Positions 26,657 to 40,419 of a DNA stretch of 64,000 bases are shown piece after piece. The notes under the pieces were generated by a model. That model was not told where the DNA came from and did not search any database. It was given only the letters and a program-made list of their open reading frames with translations. Source of the stretch: Microbotryum violaceum (taxonomy: Eukaryota); contig CDLV01000016.1 of the NCBI GenBank assembly GCA_001244265.2, positions 496,001 to 560,000 of the forward strand. The letters are read 5' to 3'. The first letter of the stretch is position 1. Every line of letters starts with the position of its first letter. The position numbers were made by a program, and so were the translations under genes.

Positions 26657-29600
26657 ATGCTTGCTTCTAGCTCACGACAGGGATGGAGGTGTTCGATCAA
26701 GCCTTCATCAAAGACGGTGGCTACTGCCCATGACCATGCCCGCACTCGGACTCTGTCGTCGTCGTCATCCCGCTTGATCGCGCCTGCATCGTCGCATTGG
26801 TCCATCGCGGCCTCGCCAGGCAGTCGCGAGCTCGAGCAATCTGACGCTGCACCACCGAGCACGTCTAATCACGACAGAGTATCGCCAGGTCCAATAACAA
26901 CCTCACACCAGCGCGTGCTCGACCGCACACTTCGTGCGGCGATCCATGTCCAGACGGAGCTCCAGAACGGTGGCCCTTCGCGGCTACGCGGGCAAGCGTA
27001 TACTCAACACGGCTGGAAACGTACTCCCCAACGTAACAATGAAGCTCGTGCCGCGACCGACCTCAGACGGCGCTCGACACCGTTGTCTTCATCGTCTTTG
27101 ACTGCACCACATCGACGCAGTTTCACCAGCTCGGCCCCACCTAGCGCAGCCGGAGCATGGCCATACGCTGCGAGGCCGACGCTGGCCGATGATTCGAACA
27201 TACACGCGCCGAATTTGTTGCGCAACGTCTCTTTATCAGGGTCAGATCCTGAGCTGCGCCAGTCGGGGAAAGCTACTCTCCGAACTGGCACGTCGGCTGA
27301 CTACGACTCACGAGCCGATGTCGTCCTTTCACCGGGCTGCTGGGTCGAAAGCATGGAGTACGTGAGCTCTCGCTGCACACGAAGAAGAATTGTTGGGACT
27401 GACCTTGAACTGGGGCTTTGATTTGCCATGTAGCGGCGGCGTACCGACCGACGGCGTGTTCCTGGGCAAGTCGAACGAAAAACACGACCAGCTACTCATC
27501 TTGTCTTCGCTCGGTGTCGCCGAGTATCAAGCCATCAAGCAAGGCTCGATCACATGTATTGTGCCTCAATTCATCAGCTCTCCCCTCGCACAGCGATGTT
27601 TGCTGCTCAACCCTAGCGATCCAAGCGTTCTCCCGATCATTCAGAGTCTTCGCCAATTTTCCGTGCGCATCGAGGACCAGACGAGGGCCTTGATCTCCCT
27701 TGGCGCCCTGCGACTCTACGAGCTTTGTTTGTCACATGCTCAAATGCCGCACTCAATCGACTGCCGGACCGCACTCGACCTGTTGGGGTACTCCGGCGAA
27801 CACAAGCCCGAGGTGCAACTCGCAATTCATCGACTCATGATGCAGGATGCGGAGCACTTTATTGCGGATCCAGCTTTGATGCGTACGACGGGTACTTTTC
27901 AACTGCGACCCCACGAAGAAGTCGAAGTCTTGGTCACAGTTAGGTCGTGGGTTCGACAGCGCAGTCCGCAAATCATGGACTTTGTCGACCGAGCCGCGCA
28001 AGTCAGACAGCATAGTCTGCTCCAGGGCACTGCATCTCCATCGATCGGGACGGTAAAGCCGCTGCTCAAAAATCCTCTACCCGACGTTTTGTGGAACAAG
28101 GACGATCTACGCATTATCGACTTTCTTCGCTTCTCGGCGGAGACCCCGCGCGCACTCCAACGCAATCCTTACTTATCGACAACGCCTTCAATTATCAAAC
28201 TTGTCGACGCTGCTTCGGACCGCTGCGGCAGGTCCGGAGTCACTCGCAGGGCGTCTCAACAGGATCTGCCGCGGGACAAAACAATCGATCGCTTACATGT
28301 GTACACCTTCCTCGCCGAGCTTGGGGCGTTGCCACCGTGGGAAAACTGGGTCGTACAAGAGTCGAGAAGCTTGCTGCAGCCATGGGACACGGCCTCAGCC
28401 AGCCTTCAAAATGAGACCCAGTCGTTGCAGCGTTCTTCACAGGGAGCGCGAACGTCGCTTCCTATAATCGATGCTCTGGACGACGTTCGGCATGATTTTG
28501 GATCACTCAATGTCTATACAATAGACGACGCCAGTGCTCGAGAATTGGACGACGGGATTTCGATCGAGCCTATAGCAGCATCCCGTGCCGGATTGAAAAC
28601 GTGGTGGATCCATGTGCACATCGCCGACCCAACCGCACTTCTCTCTCCCGAGCACAGCATTTCTCGAGTCGCGCGCACGCGTGTGCAAACGGAATACTTT
28701 CCCGAGCGCACGTGGTCGATGCTCCCGAGCTTTCTCGTTGACGACGGAAGATTGAGTCTCGGCGCTCACAATGGTGGGCTTCAACGGACGATGTCTTTCA
28801 GCACTCTAGTGGACGAAACGGGTCGCGTTGTAGACGGTAAAGTCACCGCGGGTGTGGTGCGGAACGTAAAACGCTACACTTATGGCGCCGTCAACGCAAT
28901 ACTCGGACATGCAGCTGCGGATTCAAACCCCACCAGGCTCGAGTACCCTCTCTCAGGAGATGCTACACCTCACTCTCAACCCTCAGTGCATCTTCGCGAG
29001 ACCGACGATGGCGAGCTTGCCATCAATACGCCTGACCAAGTCAAAACCGACCTGGATGTGCTCCATAAGCTAGCTCGCGCTCTCCTGCGTCGCCGCGCCG
29101 ACAACGATGCACTCTTCTGGCAATTCCCATCGTCGAGCGTCACAGTGTCACCGCCACCCGACGCAACTTGGCAAACCTCTTCGCGGCCGACCTTCTACTC
29201 TCAATGTCCACTTGTGACCCTCCATCTACCGGCAGCACCAAAGAGTCTCGCGTGGTCGGCCACGCCACTGGGGTCTGCGCAGATGCTGGTATCAGAGGCC
29301 ATGGTTGCTGCCAACCGAACGGCTGCCAAGTTCTGCGTCGAGCGAGGGCTTCCAGTGCCTTTCCGAGTTCAAGATCCGCCGCGAGTCTCGTCAACGTCCT
29401 CCCTTTCCGATATACTAGCTTTGCGCAAGCCGGAGACTGGAGAAGCAAATGCAAGCGACATTGTGCGGCTCGGCATCGACTTTCTGCCGGGCAAAACTCA
29501 GGCCGAGCCAGGTGTGCATTGGCCCATGGGGATTCGTGACTCGAGTGGATACGTGCGCGTAACAAGTCCGCTCCGTCGCTACAGTGATTTGTTCTCGCAT

Positions 29601-30044
29601 TGGCAGCTCAAATCAGCTCTATCCCCGGGTGCTGTCTTGCCTCTGTTCTCCCGCGACCAGGTGCATGTACACGCCCGTGAGTTTGATGCGTCCCAAAAGC
29701 AGCGCGCAAGATTGTCAAAGAACGCCGAGAACTTTTGGGCAATGTACATCCTGCGACACAAATTTCAAGCGGCGCAAGCCTCGCAACGCCAGGGCTCAAG
29801 TCTCAACGACCAAGATCCTTACACCGCCTTCCACTCACGAGGACTGACCGCCCTCGCTTTGCGCGGGCCCTCTAGGAGCGAGATGGAAGGTTCGTGGCGC
29901 CAACCTGTGCTTTTGCGTGAATTGGGAGTGCGCGGAACCTTGATCTCTTACACGGCTGCGGATGCTATAGCCGCTGGCGACAGCCGCCCTGTCACTATCC
30001 AGTGCGTTGATCATCGAGTCTTGGTAGAGCCGCGAGCCGGTTAG
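26657..30044 (+). CDS. DSS1: RNB (RNase II/R family) exoribonuclease, likely mitochondrial Dss1/Cyt-4-like
   Basis: Catalytic motif YTIDDASARELDDGISIE, HVHIADP, SEAMVAAN, YVRVTSPLRRYSDL. Basic N-terminus; one intron near 27358-27433. The orthology call is an inference. Confidence 0.85.
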
Positions 30045-30171
30045 ACAGTCAGGTGATGCAATGTAAAGTCCCTTGCCTGGCTATGGCTAATGTGCCATCC
30101 GAAATGGGCACGATGAGGCACTTTCATGCAAGCACTGCTCGAATTTTGGCTTTGCAGAGGACAACAGTGTA

Positions 30172-31279
30172 CTACCTGGATAGTTCTGCCTCCGCAGGCA
30201 CAAGGTTACCGAAATGATCTCTTCGCGCTCGGCTGAGGACAAAGTGGCCGCGGGAAAACGTCAGCTACGGGCCCCAAGCTTGATGCCCGACGAGCCTGCT
30301 CACAAAAATGTGTAAGACAAGGTGACTTCCTGCACATCACGCATAAGAGGATCCTCGAGAAAGTCTTTGTCGATGAAGAAGAAGACGGGCAAGTCCACCT
30401 CTTCGCCGGCAAGGATGCGCTGCTCTTCAAAGCAAAAGCATTCGACCTTTGCAAAGTAGGGGGCGATCTGTCCTCGTGGCAATGGCTGTGGTCAGCACTT
30501 GGCGAGATGCAGGGCGAGCAACATCGCTCTGCCATAGTTTGGGGAAGAACGAAGAGATGGAGCCTCACGTTATTGGGCGTCACGTTGTAAGTTGCGATAC
30601 CGACGATATCCTCGGTCGAGTTGTTCTTGGCCCTATAGAAGGCCAAGGCAGTCTCGCCCGGGAGCACGCGTACTTCCTTTTGCTGAGGCGTGAACGTCCA
30701 CGGCAACGAATCGGACGAGTCGGCGTTGAACTGCACCCTGATGCGACGTTCGGTCTCGACCACAGGGATCAAACGCTCGGCGCCGAATCGGGATTTGTCG
30801 GTCGCAGGGGTGCCGCCATAGCCGGTCGCACTACAGAAAACGCGGTAAAGGGGTACGGCCAGATAAGATGCGGTCGTGACAAGTACGATTGTGGCCGAGG
30901 AATAAAGTAGCAGCGATCTGTTGCGTTGTTGGTAGTGGGCTTTGCGGGCATCGGCATACGCTTGGGATTGCTGGGCACTTGCGGCGGACGAATGCGAGGT
31001 GGAAGCGAAAGTCCGGTGATGCGGTGGTGATGCTGCCAAACGTCGCAACGACCACAAGCCGCTTGTCTCGGTCACGAATGCCCGATTGCTACGAGAAGGG
31101 CAAAAACCCGTGCTTCTCTGCTGAACCCAGCTATCGATCGCGAGGTGTCTCCGAGTTGTGCTCGCGTATCGGCTGCCGGCGATGCTGCTCGTACCCGTCC
31201 AGGAGGCGACCGATGCTACTGCTGTCGAGCACCTTGTCGATAGCGGTAATGTGCTCACTGCGCAGTTGCACTTGAACAT
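30172..31279 (-). CDS. COX11: Cytochrome c oxidase copper chaperone Cox11 (3 exons)
   Basis: SYLAVPLYRVFCSATGYGG, LPWTFTPQQKEVRVLPGETALAFY, YFAKVECFCFEEQ, VTLSYTF; the last exon ends at a TAG at 30172-30174. Confidence 0.97.
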
Positions 31280-31395
31280 TCCTGAGTCGAGTACAAAGTA
31301 AGGGGGATGGGTGCGAACAGGTGCCTAATACTGAGGCGAAGGGCGAAGGTGCGCGCGGGCTGCTGGGGTAAGAGGCTAACCAGGGCTAACCAGGG

Positions 31396-32519
31396 AGGAC
31401 CCCCGAAAGCCCAGCCAGAGGCGGCCCGCAAATTTGGACATTTTTGGCTCAAAATGGGTCGAGGCTCACCTCATTTTTGGACATCTTCCTCCCTCCGGTC
31501 GAGCTTTTGGAGCGCAGAACAGGGTAGCGCTGGCCCAGGCGCAGGGCATAGCCGGCCCAGCGGCGCGCTGTTTGCGTTTGGAGCGCGTTACTAGTGTCTG
31601 CTTTTGCTGTAAGGTATGCGCCTCTGATGGGCATACAATACAATCTGCCGTTCTTGACCCGCTAGGCTAAAAGCAAGCCGTAACTAGAACTCGATAATCC
31701 TAGCTATTTCAGAGGCTACTTATGGGGCTGTTCCTGTGAGCCCTTTACATTTGCGATCGTTTATGTATTTTTTGATCGTCTCTCGCTCGGAACGCCGACT
31801 TGTCGAGCTACGTCTCCTCTTCTTCCTTCCGATCTGGAAGCTTTCTTGCCCAGAAATATTTTTCTTTTCCTAGTCGGTCGATAGATTCACAGGGTCCGCC
31901 GGCGCCGATTCGATCACTGAAATGCATGGCAGCACTCGAAGAGCTCCGGACGTCAGTTCAGGAGTCCAAGGCTCGCCATGTGTCTCTGTAAATCACCCAA
32001 GGGGAATTTGGTGGGCATGATTGATTCTGATACAGGGTCAAAGAGTTCTACACTACTGGCCTAGCCAGTGCGCTCAACTGCATCTCCTCAGACTTTTCCA
32101 GAGATTTCTAGGTATTAGGATATAGCGCGCGGATGTGAACCTTATTTTGCCGTGCATTCTTTTAGGTAGATAATAGTGTCATTTAAATCCTTCAAAGGAT
32201 AAATGAATAAACAAAGCCGAGAGCCTATTCGAGTCCATTGCATCAGGAAAAAGGCTCGTTGGCGGTCGCGCTGGCGGCGCTCTTTGGTGCGCGCGCGCAA
32301 CCTTTCCCGCCCGCGCGCGGCCGGGATGCAGTCTGCGCGTAGCGCAGAAAAAAATCTGAGCATTGTACAGCTTGTAGAGTAGTTTTGATAAGTCATTCAA
32401 CACTAGGCGGCCCTCATATTTGGACATTTTCAGTCAGAACCCGGGAAACATGGTGGACATTTTGCCTCGAAAAAGGCCGTTTTTAGAGGGCCGCCTATGG
32501 CTGGGCTTTCGGGGGTCCT
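31396..32519. mobile_element. Non-autonomous TIR element (1.12 kb), same TIR family as 17695-19078
   Basis: TIRs aggacccccgaaagcccagcc and ggctgggctttcgggggtcct. 8-bp TSD aaccaggg / aacctggg (one mismatch). Confidence 0.85.
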
Positions 32520-32545
32520 AACCTGGGCTAACCAGGGCTAACCAG

Positions 32546-32872
32546 CATCAGCAAAATGGCCAAGCGCGCGAAACCTCGTAAAGCAGTCTTTAAGCGGCCT
32601 AGAGCTGCTCTTAAGCGCCCTTAACCACTCGTTAAGCCACGCGCGCGTTAAGTGTCGCTTAAATGTACCCTAGATAAGGGACTCTTACGGCGCGCTTACG
32701 GCGCGCTTAAGACTCCTCGCGCGCTTTGTTTGCATACGCAAAGCGGTCCGTAAGCCCTCTTATGCGCGTATGCGTCCTTATGCACATCTTATGCACCATT
32801 AAGCGCTGTTAAGCGCGCGTAATCTCGGGCGAATCCTTAAGCGGGTTCGCGCGCGTGGCCATTTTGCTCCTG
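32546..32872. mobile_element. MITE of 327 bp with CA...TG ends and an apparent 2-bp TSD (possibly EnSpm/CACTA type)
   Basis: TIRs catcagcaaaatggccaagcgcgcgaa and ttcgcgcgcgtggccattttgctcctg; AG on both flanks. Removal restores the aaccagggNN 10-bp array. Interior is rich in ttaagcg/cttatgc motifs. Confidence 0.65.
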
Positions 32873-32902
32873 AGGGAGAACCAGGGCGAACCAGACCAGA
32901 CC

Positions 32903-34381
32903 TAAGCTCAACTAAGCCCTCCCTCTGGGAGGGGTTAGGACTTATCGGCGCGCCTGGCCCCGTTGCCCTCCGAAATTTCAGGGCCATTTTAGGGTGGTTC
33001 TCTGTAGCATGGCAAGTACTTACAATTATCCAAAACGCAGAAATGGTATTGATCTGCTACTAGAAAGGACTAGGGACTACAATTACAGAGTTCCAGGCGT
33101 GGCTCATTTGCAGTGGTGCATTGGGGCAGCAATCTACCGACGATACTTTGCGGATCCGTTGAAAGGATCGAAATATCAAGGTCGCTCTTTATCACCGCTA
33201 ATCTACTTGGCCGCAAAGGACTGGACCCCCAAAAAATTAAGGACTACAACCCGATGGAAAGGCTGCTTCGAGACACCGCTCAACTGGAGCTGTTGAGCTG
33301 TCTTCTGTGAGTGATATGGTCCCAAACTATGCACATAAAGCCAAGGGCAAAATGATGTTATGCCCTGCTAATAGCTCGTTCTGTTATGCATGCAGACAAG
33401 AACTTGGCCTCAAATCAATTGACGAGCTCAGAAAAACCCACCTCACTGGACTCGATGTCGCGATCATGAAGGTCTTCGATCGATACTGGCACTCTGACTT
33501 TGACGCTGTGCAGCGAGCAAAGGTGAACATGGAAAAGGCTCCCGTGTTCTATGACTCCGTCCTTCGGCTGCGCGACTTAGTCGATTTCGAGGAAGCGTAT
33601 TACGCCACTTTGCAAGGAGACATTGGTCGACTCATACATTGTTGGGAGCGCATGTTTCCCTTCCTCCAGGCCGCTGAAGGCGTTTCCCACTACCGAACGC
33701 ATCTGCCACACTTACTCCTTCTTCTTAAGTCCTCGCCAAATTTGTCGACCAAAAGGAGTCCGAGCTTCTTGCGTAACTCAATCGGGTCAACGCGATCTTC
33801 TTGAGTTAATTGTGATCTCCAGTGAGCAGCCCGAGAGCAGCCCGAGAGCAAGGGTTAGGCAGTTCGGGGGTTGTTTGGTTGATTGATGGTCCCTCGACGT
33901 CGTTGGCTTTGCCCTCGAAGCTGATCGTAAGGACGCTCTGAACTCAATCGATGAAGACCGACGAGGTGTGCCCTTGACAGGCGTTGGCGTTTGTACGGGT
34001 ATGGTGGATCATGAGGGCGGTAGCGACGTCGTGGACTGGCGTTGTGGACCGAAGGTGAGACCGGTGAGGCGCGGCTGGCTGATTCACGTCGGCGCGAAGA
34101 ACCGTCCCTCTAGGTCCGTGCGCGAGCCAGCTCCAAGTCGAAAATAACGACTTCTCACCCCTGTAGCTCAATGAATAGGATTCCCAAGAGCGTTCCCTTG
34201 GGGTATATGCTCGAAAAAATAGCATAAGAGTAAGTCTTTTGCAACGATTGTTTAGGTTGTTTTTGTTTGCCATGCTACAGCAAGGTGGTACTTTTCTGGG
34301 CCAAATTTCGATAGGCAACTCAGCCAAAAGCGCGGATAAGGTACAAGCCCCTCCACAGGAGCGAAACCGGTTTCGAGCTTA
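32903..34381 (+). mobile_element. AcademH-like DNA transposon, internal deletion derivative
   Basis: Termini TAAGCTC...GAGCTTA with imperfect TIRs of about 110 bp; perfect 9-bp TSD gaccagacc (32894-32902 and 34382-34390). Coding remnant VPGVAHLQW...LRLRDLVDFEEAYYATLQGDIGRL resembles DUF6589-type transposases. Confidence 0.8.
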
Positions 34382-34680
34382 GACCAGACCCGACCTCGCA
34401 AGCCGTTATATGCACACCCGAACTTTCAATTCGGCCAAGCGGAATTGTTTGTGGCCAAGTCGCTCCCGTCACTGACTTGCCTGCCTCGATGAAAGCCTCG
34501 GCCACCCCAGAGTCCGCCAGCCGTGTGAGGGTCGCACTTATCAGCCTCCAACTCCTGCAAAATCCGAAGCAGCTTTGCGTGTACTCGTCCGGCTTCCCCA
34601 GCGAACCGTCGGTAGAGTTGAATGCGATCTTCGTGTTCGGCAGTGTTGTTGGGTATTGCTTGAAGTGGTGGAGCGAGCGA

Positions 34681-35370
34681 CTATGACGACGGCGGCAGCG
34701 AGGGCGAAATTTCAGACACATGAGACGATGCTTGAGATGCGAGAGGAGCATGGTCGCTAGTGCAAAGATCCACGCGCCGGCGAGTGACACGCGCGGCAAG
34801 CCACATGTGCTTGCACGGAAACATGTGGCGCACGAAATCGGGACAATCGCAAGTCGAGATCACGCTCGAGTCGGTGGGATTGAGTCCAACGGTGTAGCTT
34901 CTCTCGACGAAGGTGGAGTCTTCGTCCTCCTGCTCGTCCTCTCCGAAAGACGCGACGTAGATCTAAAGATTGGCAAAAAGAAGAAGAAAAGTTGTCGAGG
35001 TCAAGTCAGCCAAAGTCTCAACCCCGAGATGCGAGAAAATCCTAAGCTCAACTCACGTCACCGTCGTCGTCCATCTCCGTGACCATATCGTTCGCTCGAC
35101 TCCACTCAATTGATTGCGCGGTGTTCTGGCGCCGAGTCTCGGCCTTACTCGATCGCCGACGAACAAAGCCGGTGACGATGAGACTAATCTCTTGGCGGTA
35201 TGCTGGCTCGGCGCCATTGTGAGGGTGTGGATGAGCTGATCCGTCCGTTGTCGCTGCCCGCGGCCAATGTAACAACACTTCAAGATCTTATGCCACGACT
35301 CGATGTAATTATTGGTAGTGATCGCGTGATACGTAACCTGCGAATCATCAGACAGAAGGGTATGAGCCAA
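34681..35370 (-). pseudogene. MULE transposase C-terminal remnant with a SWIM zinc finger
   Basis: TTNNYIESWHKILK (MULE catalytic Glu motif) and CDCPDFVRHMFPCKHMW (SWIM CxC...CxH). Element ends not resolved. Confidence 0.8.
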
Positions 35371-35970
35371 GGGATTTCGGCGGCGGGAACCGATGTTGGT
35401 TGTATCGATTCGGCGTCAGGCGGCGCAACGAGGGCGCGTGGCCTTGTACGACATTGATGAGTCGAAGAGGGGGTTTGACGACATGGTGTTGGAGTGGTGA
35501 AAGTCGTTTAGGACTTGCAAGTGCATGGAAGGAAGGAAAGAAAATATCGGGTTGAACAGCCCTATTTTTCATGCGCGCGGGCCACGTCTACGAGCGCGAG
35601 CGCAGTAAACAACATTGCGCTTGGACCGCGCCCGCGTTGGTCACGTGCTGTGGCGACGCACCCGACAGACGCGCCTCGAGACACAGAGGCCGAAACGCGC
35701 GGCCGGATTAGGCGGCCGAAATCGGTTCAGAACTCGCGCGCGAGGACAATAAAAAGCTGGAGTGTGTGGATAGCCCGCCGCCCAGAGGCTCCCAGAGGTG
35801 CCAGAGGTAGCCCTAAATTAAGTCCAAGAGTCGCTGCCGAGCTGTTGCGATTTCTCCCGCTCGCGCACCACGCCCCGTGTAGTCTCGACAAGACACCACA
35901 CAAAACGGCACTGGCCGAGTCCGAGCGATCTTGACCACGCTCTTGTACGACTTGCCAAGGAACGTGTGCC

Positions 35971-38900
35971 ATGGCGGGTTCGAGGAGCAAAGGCAAAGGT
36001 GTGCTTCGACGTACGGTAAGCTTCGAGCTCTTCGCATTCGCCGGTCAACGTCATCCGGGCCAGCCGCTGTCGACGATTGCTGATCCGGTTACATGACCAA
36101 TCTTCCATTCGCGATCGTTCCTACTTTCGGGTGTGTAAGAAATTCTAGATCGAGCTACCAGCCAAGCTACGGACGGAGCTCGAAGCGCTTGGCTCACTGC
36201 CACAGGCACACACGCACAAGTCACGCAACGAGCGTCGGAAGCAGCTTAGGACCCACAAGCAAGCCCATTCACCGCCCTCGAAGCTGGAGTATACACCGAG
36301 CAACACGGGCTTTCCTTCGCTGGATCAAAAACGAGCAAGCGCCGATGTACCAGCGACGCGTGCGATCAAGAAGGCGCGACGAGCCCCCGCAGCGAGTCGA
36401 AGTCGAGGTGCCGAGGAACTCGTCGATACCGCAGCTCTGTCTTCATCGACTTCTAGCGCAGCCCATGGCACCCCCCAAGCAACGCGTCGAACGCCTCTGG
36501 AGAAACTTTTATCCAAGCAAGAGAAGAGGGATTCCGCGCCCGATTTGCATCGGACTAAACCTCGTCTCGTGTCGGTCGAAGATCGTGAGATTGCCTGGCT
36601 AGCAGCCAAGCTGGGGATCCATCGAGACTCCCCAATCTCTCGTGGGGAGCGCAGCAATGTGAAGAAAGAGTTTGAAGAAGACGGTTTGGGAGGTACGTAG
36701 CTGGGATTCAGCAAACTTAATTCCGTTGGCACCACCCAAGGCATCTAACATCGCCCCGGCTGGGCTGTCATTGCCCCGGCCGTCTGGTCCTAGATCTATT
36801 CGAGGGTCTAGAAGATCTCGAGGCGGCAGCCTTTGGCGAAGGCGCAGCATCGAGCAAGGTAGAGTTGTCTTCATTATCTTCCTTGAGCGGTGTTATTGGT
36901 GCTCACTCAACTGTGGTGAGGTTTGTCGAGCTGACGCAGGGGAGCCCTCTCGCTGCCCACAGCACGCAAGCACCCAGACCGCTAGCGAAAGCGGTTTCGA
37001 GCACGAGGGTGACGTTCACGAAGACGTAAACGAACGACTTAACGATGGAACAGAATCCGAAAGCGATGGAGAGAGCTTCGGCGAGAATAGGGACGTTATC
37101 ACGCAGTGGGACGTCACTTCTGCCACTGTCGCTTCAGACGAGTTCTCATCGGGATCTAGCATGAATGCGGCCGGTCCTGCGCCACCAGCTCCGACAGCCC
37201 GCTACGTCCCCCCACAACTTCGCAATCTCGCGAAGAATGTATTACGTTCAGTTCCCGTGTCGACGCCCGTGACAGCACCTCGCCGAACGGATGAACCGCC
37301 AGCAGACTCTCGGATCCGGCGCCAGTTACTTGGCCATCTGAACCGACTCTCGAGTTCGAACATGATGCCTATCATTGATGCTATCAGTGCGATCTATGAC
37401 ACGAATCCCCGAGCGCTCGTATCGAATGCTTTCTCGTCACTGCTGCTTGAAACGATTTCCACTCGAGACAATTTGGGCGACCAGCTTTTGATCACGTACG
37501 CAGCGCTCGTCGCGGCCATGGCATACGTAGTGGGACTTGAACTGTCGGCAGGTGTGGTCTCCAAGACGATCGAACTATTTGACGCTTCGTACAACGAAGG
37601 CACAGACACATCGTCAACTGAGCGTCCACAAGCTCCATCTCAACCTGTCGCTTTCGAGGGTCGGCCTGGCAGCAAAACCTGTCTCAACCTCACAGCATTC
37701 TTGGCGGAGCTTTACAACTTCTCAGTCGTAGGGTGTACTATCGTGTACGATATCATCCGGTTTTTCATCAAGAATGGTCTAGGGGAACTGGACGTCGAAC
37801 TCTTGTCGAGGTTGATGAAAAGTGAGTTGCGACGCTCGTCTCGGGTTGCTCGTTGCTGCGCGACTGAGTGTGCAATCTTGCTGGGATTCACTTGCCTAGG
37901 ATCTGGTTCACATCTTCGGCAAGACGATCCGAGTGCTTTGAAGGAGATAGTTGCCCTTGTTAAGGAGCAAGCCGCTTTGAGTGACGTTAGTTCGAGCATG
38001 AAGTACGCCCTCGCTGCTGCCACTGCCACGGCGCATCGAACGCTAGAAAACTGACCGGCTAAACTCTGGTGTCCCAGCTCACGGACCAAATTCATGCTCG
38101 AAATGCTCACCGACGTCAAGAATAATAAGCTCAAGTCTGATTTTGTTGGTACAAATGACGGCTATTCGAGTCTGAAGAAACTCATAGCGAGCCTAGGGAA
38201 GATGAACTGTGAGCTTCGTTCGTTGACGATGCGACGCCCTTGTTCTCTCGAGCTTCACTGACGCATGTTTGTGTAGCGTCGTATCATGAACCACTACGGA
38301 TAACGTTATCGGATATTCGCAACAGCTCATCGAGGGGAAAATGGTGGCTCGTCGGTGCTGCTTGGGCCGGGATTGCCGAAGCAGAGGTAGACACGAGTTG
38401 CGCCGGACCGCCCGGGGGCCAGCGCAGCGTCGGTTTGGAAGACGGCATTCTCAAGTTGGCGCGAGCGCATGGGATGAATACCGACGTTCGACGGACCATC
38501 TTCGTGATTCTGATGAGCGGAGAAGACTATGCGGATGCGTGTGATCGACTACTTCAGCTCGGTCTCACGGATGTGCAGCAACGCGAGATCGTGCGGGTTC
38601 TGCTACGGTGCAGCGGCAATGTGAGTCCACCATTCCCGGGTTGAAGCCTCAAGCTTGAGGCCTGAGCCATGCGCTGATGCTCGGATAACGCACCGACCCG
38701 TTTGTAAAACGCGCAGGAGAGGCGGTACAACCCGTACTACACCCTGGTCTCCGCTGAACTTGCGAAACGGTCGCATGGCTTCAGGATCACGCTTCAGTAC
38801 TGCTTGTGGGACTTTCTCAGAGAACTCGGAAAAGACAGCGTTGGCCGCGAAGAGTTGGTCAATTCGATTGATATGGATACCACCGGTGGGACGGTCTCAC

Positions 38901-39356
38901 CCCGGCGCGTACACAACCTCGCCCGGCTCTATGCATGGTGCATAGCGAAGGATGCCTTATCGTTGACTGTGCTGAAGGTGTGTTCAGAAGCGTTGAGGAT
39001 AGATCTTCGAATTGAAAGCTGATGCCCTTCATCACTGCCAGCCTGTCTCTTTTGCGACAATAAAAACGCAGACGACAGATTTTCTTCAGCAGTTGTTTGT
39101 GACCATGATCATCGCAACACAGACCGCATCACCTGCTCTGGTCCTTCCCGCTCTCGAAGGACGGCGCGACAGGAAGGTGATCGAGAAGCTGTGCGTCCGC
39201 GCCGCGACGAATGGCAGCCTGGTCAAAGGGCTCCTTCACTTCTTGGAGGCCGCAGTGACGGAAGATGTGATCAGGTCAAATGTCAGGGACGACACCGCGG
39301 CGGCTGTGGCTCGGTTCGGTGTCGCCTTGATGCAGGACACTTTAAGCGCACTGTGA
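35971..39356 (+). CDS. SGD1: Nucleolar MIF4G/MA3-domain protein Sgd1/NOM1 (multi-exon)
   Basis: EDREIAWLAAKLG...EEDGL, RYVPPQLR, LLGHLNRLSSSN, LAELYNFSVV, LRQDDPSALKEI, GKWWLVGAAW, MNTDVRRTIFVILMSGEDY, YNPYY, LQYCLWDF. Confidence 0.92.
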
Positions 39357-40002
39357 CTTGGGAGTCGATCGGCGGCCGAAACATGCATACTAAACTATTC
39401 AGTCCTGCCTACTCCTGATGATGGCCATTGAAATTTTACCCCGAACGCTTTAGAAATACCACAACATACCACATCTGGCCAAATGGTGGAAGATGCAAGA
39501 CTTGTAGAAGTGGGCAACAGGAGCAGACCGGCACGACCTACAGCCCGAACTTGCCCGGACAGGCCCGGAAGACTCCCGGAAGGGGCACGGACTGGCACTG
39601 GACTGGCACGGACCGGCACGGACTGGCAGAGACCTGCACAGAAGAAAAAACTGCACAGACGGGCCGTCTGTGCCACCTGGTCAAATTAAGCCTGCCAAAA
39701 AAACTAAGGTCGCGCGCAACGCGTTAAGGCAGCTTTTTTGAAATTTGGCCCAGGAGAACGTTGGTACAGGCATGGTATACCACATCCCCCCACGGCCCGC
39801 GCCTAAGCTCGACGCCCCTCCCTTTGGGAGGGGCTTGTTAGTTATCGCGCGCTTGGCCCAGTTGCCCTCCGAGATTTTGGCCCTGAAAAGTGCCCCTTTG
39901 CTGTAGCATGGCATATATTGGTGCTATCTGAAAACTGGAGGGATACTTATTTACTTCATCATTATTGATGATGCTTCACCGAAGTTTGAAGTCTAGGAAC
40001 GC

Positions 40003-40350
40003 TTGATCATCTCGCTACAGCAACTTGAATCAACAACGGTTCTCGGTCACTGGAGGCCACGTTTGACTCAGGAGGACCGACGAGATTCCAGCGAATTACG
40101 CAAGAAGATCAAAGTTATTCTGGGCGAAAGTCTTGACGAGGACTCTACCCCCCGGCCTGTGCAGATCGAGGCCATTGCTGCACTTTTCGAACTCGATCAA
40201 TTTGCGAACCGGGATCGATATGACGCTGTGTTCGTCACAGCGCCAACAGGTTCAGGCAAAAGTGTTATGTTCGAAGCAATGTATCTCATTTATGGACGCC
40301 GGGCCGTCACCATTGTTGCCAGTCCACTGAATGCACTGAGCAATCATCAG
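40003..40350 (+). pseudogene. RecQ-like SF2 helicase N-terminal fragment
   Basis: PRPVQIEAI (Q motif), TAPTGSGKS (Walker A), VASPLNALSNHQ (motif Ia). Truncated before the DExH box. Confidence 0.8.
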
Positions 40351-40419
40351 GTGAGTTTTTCTGCCGACTGGGCTTGCTGGACCGACATCCGTGCTGATTT
40401 CCAGCGCCAGCAATATCTC

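Noticed and set aside
31375-32545. Telomere-like repeat (ctaaccaggg)
   Set aside because: The unit is 10 bp and not TTAGGG, has few copies, and is internal between genes.
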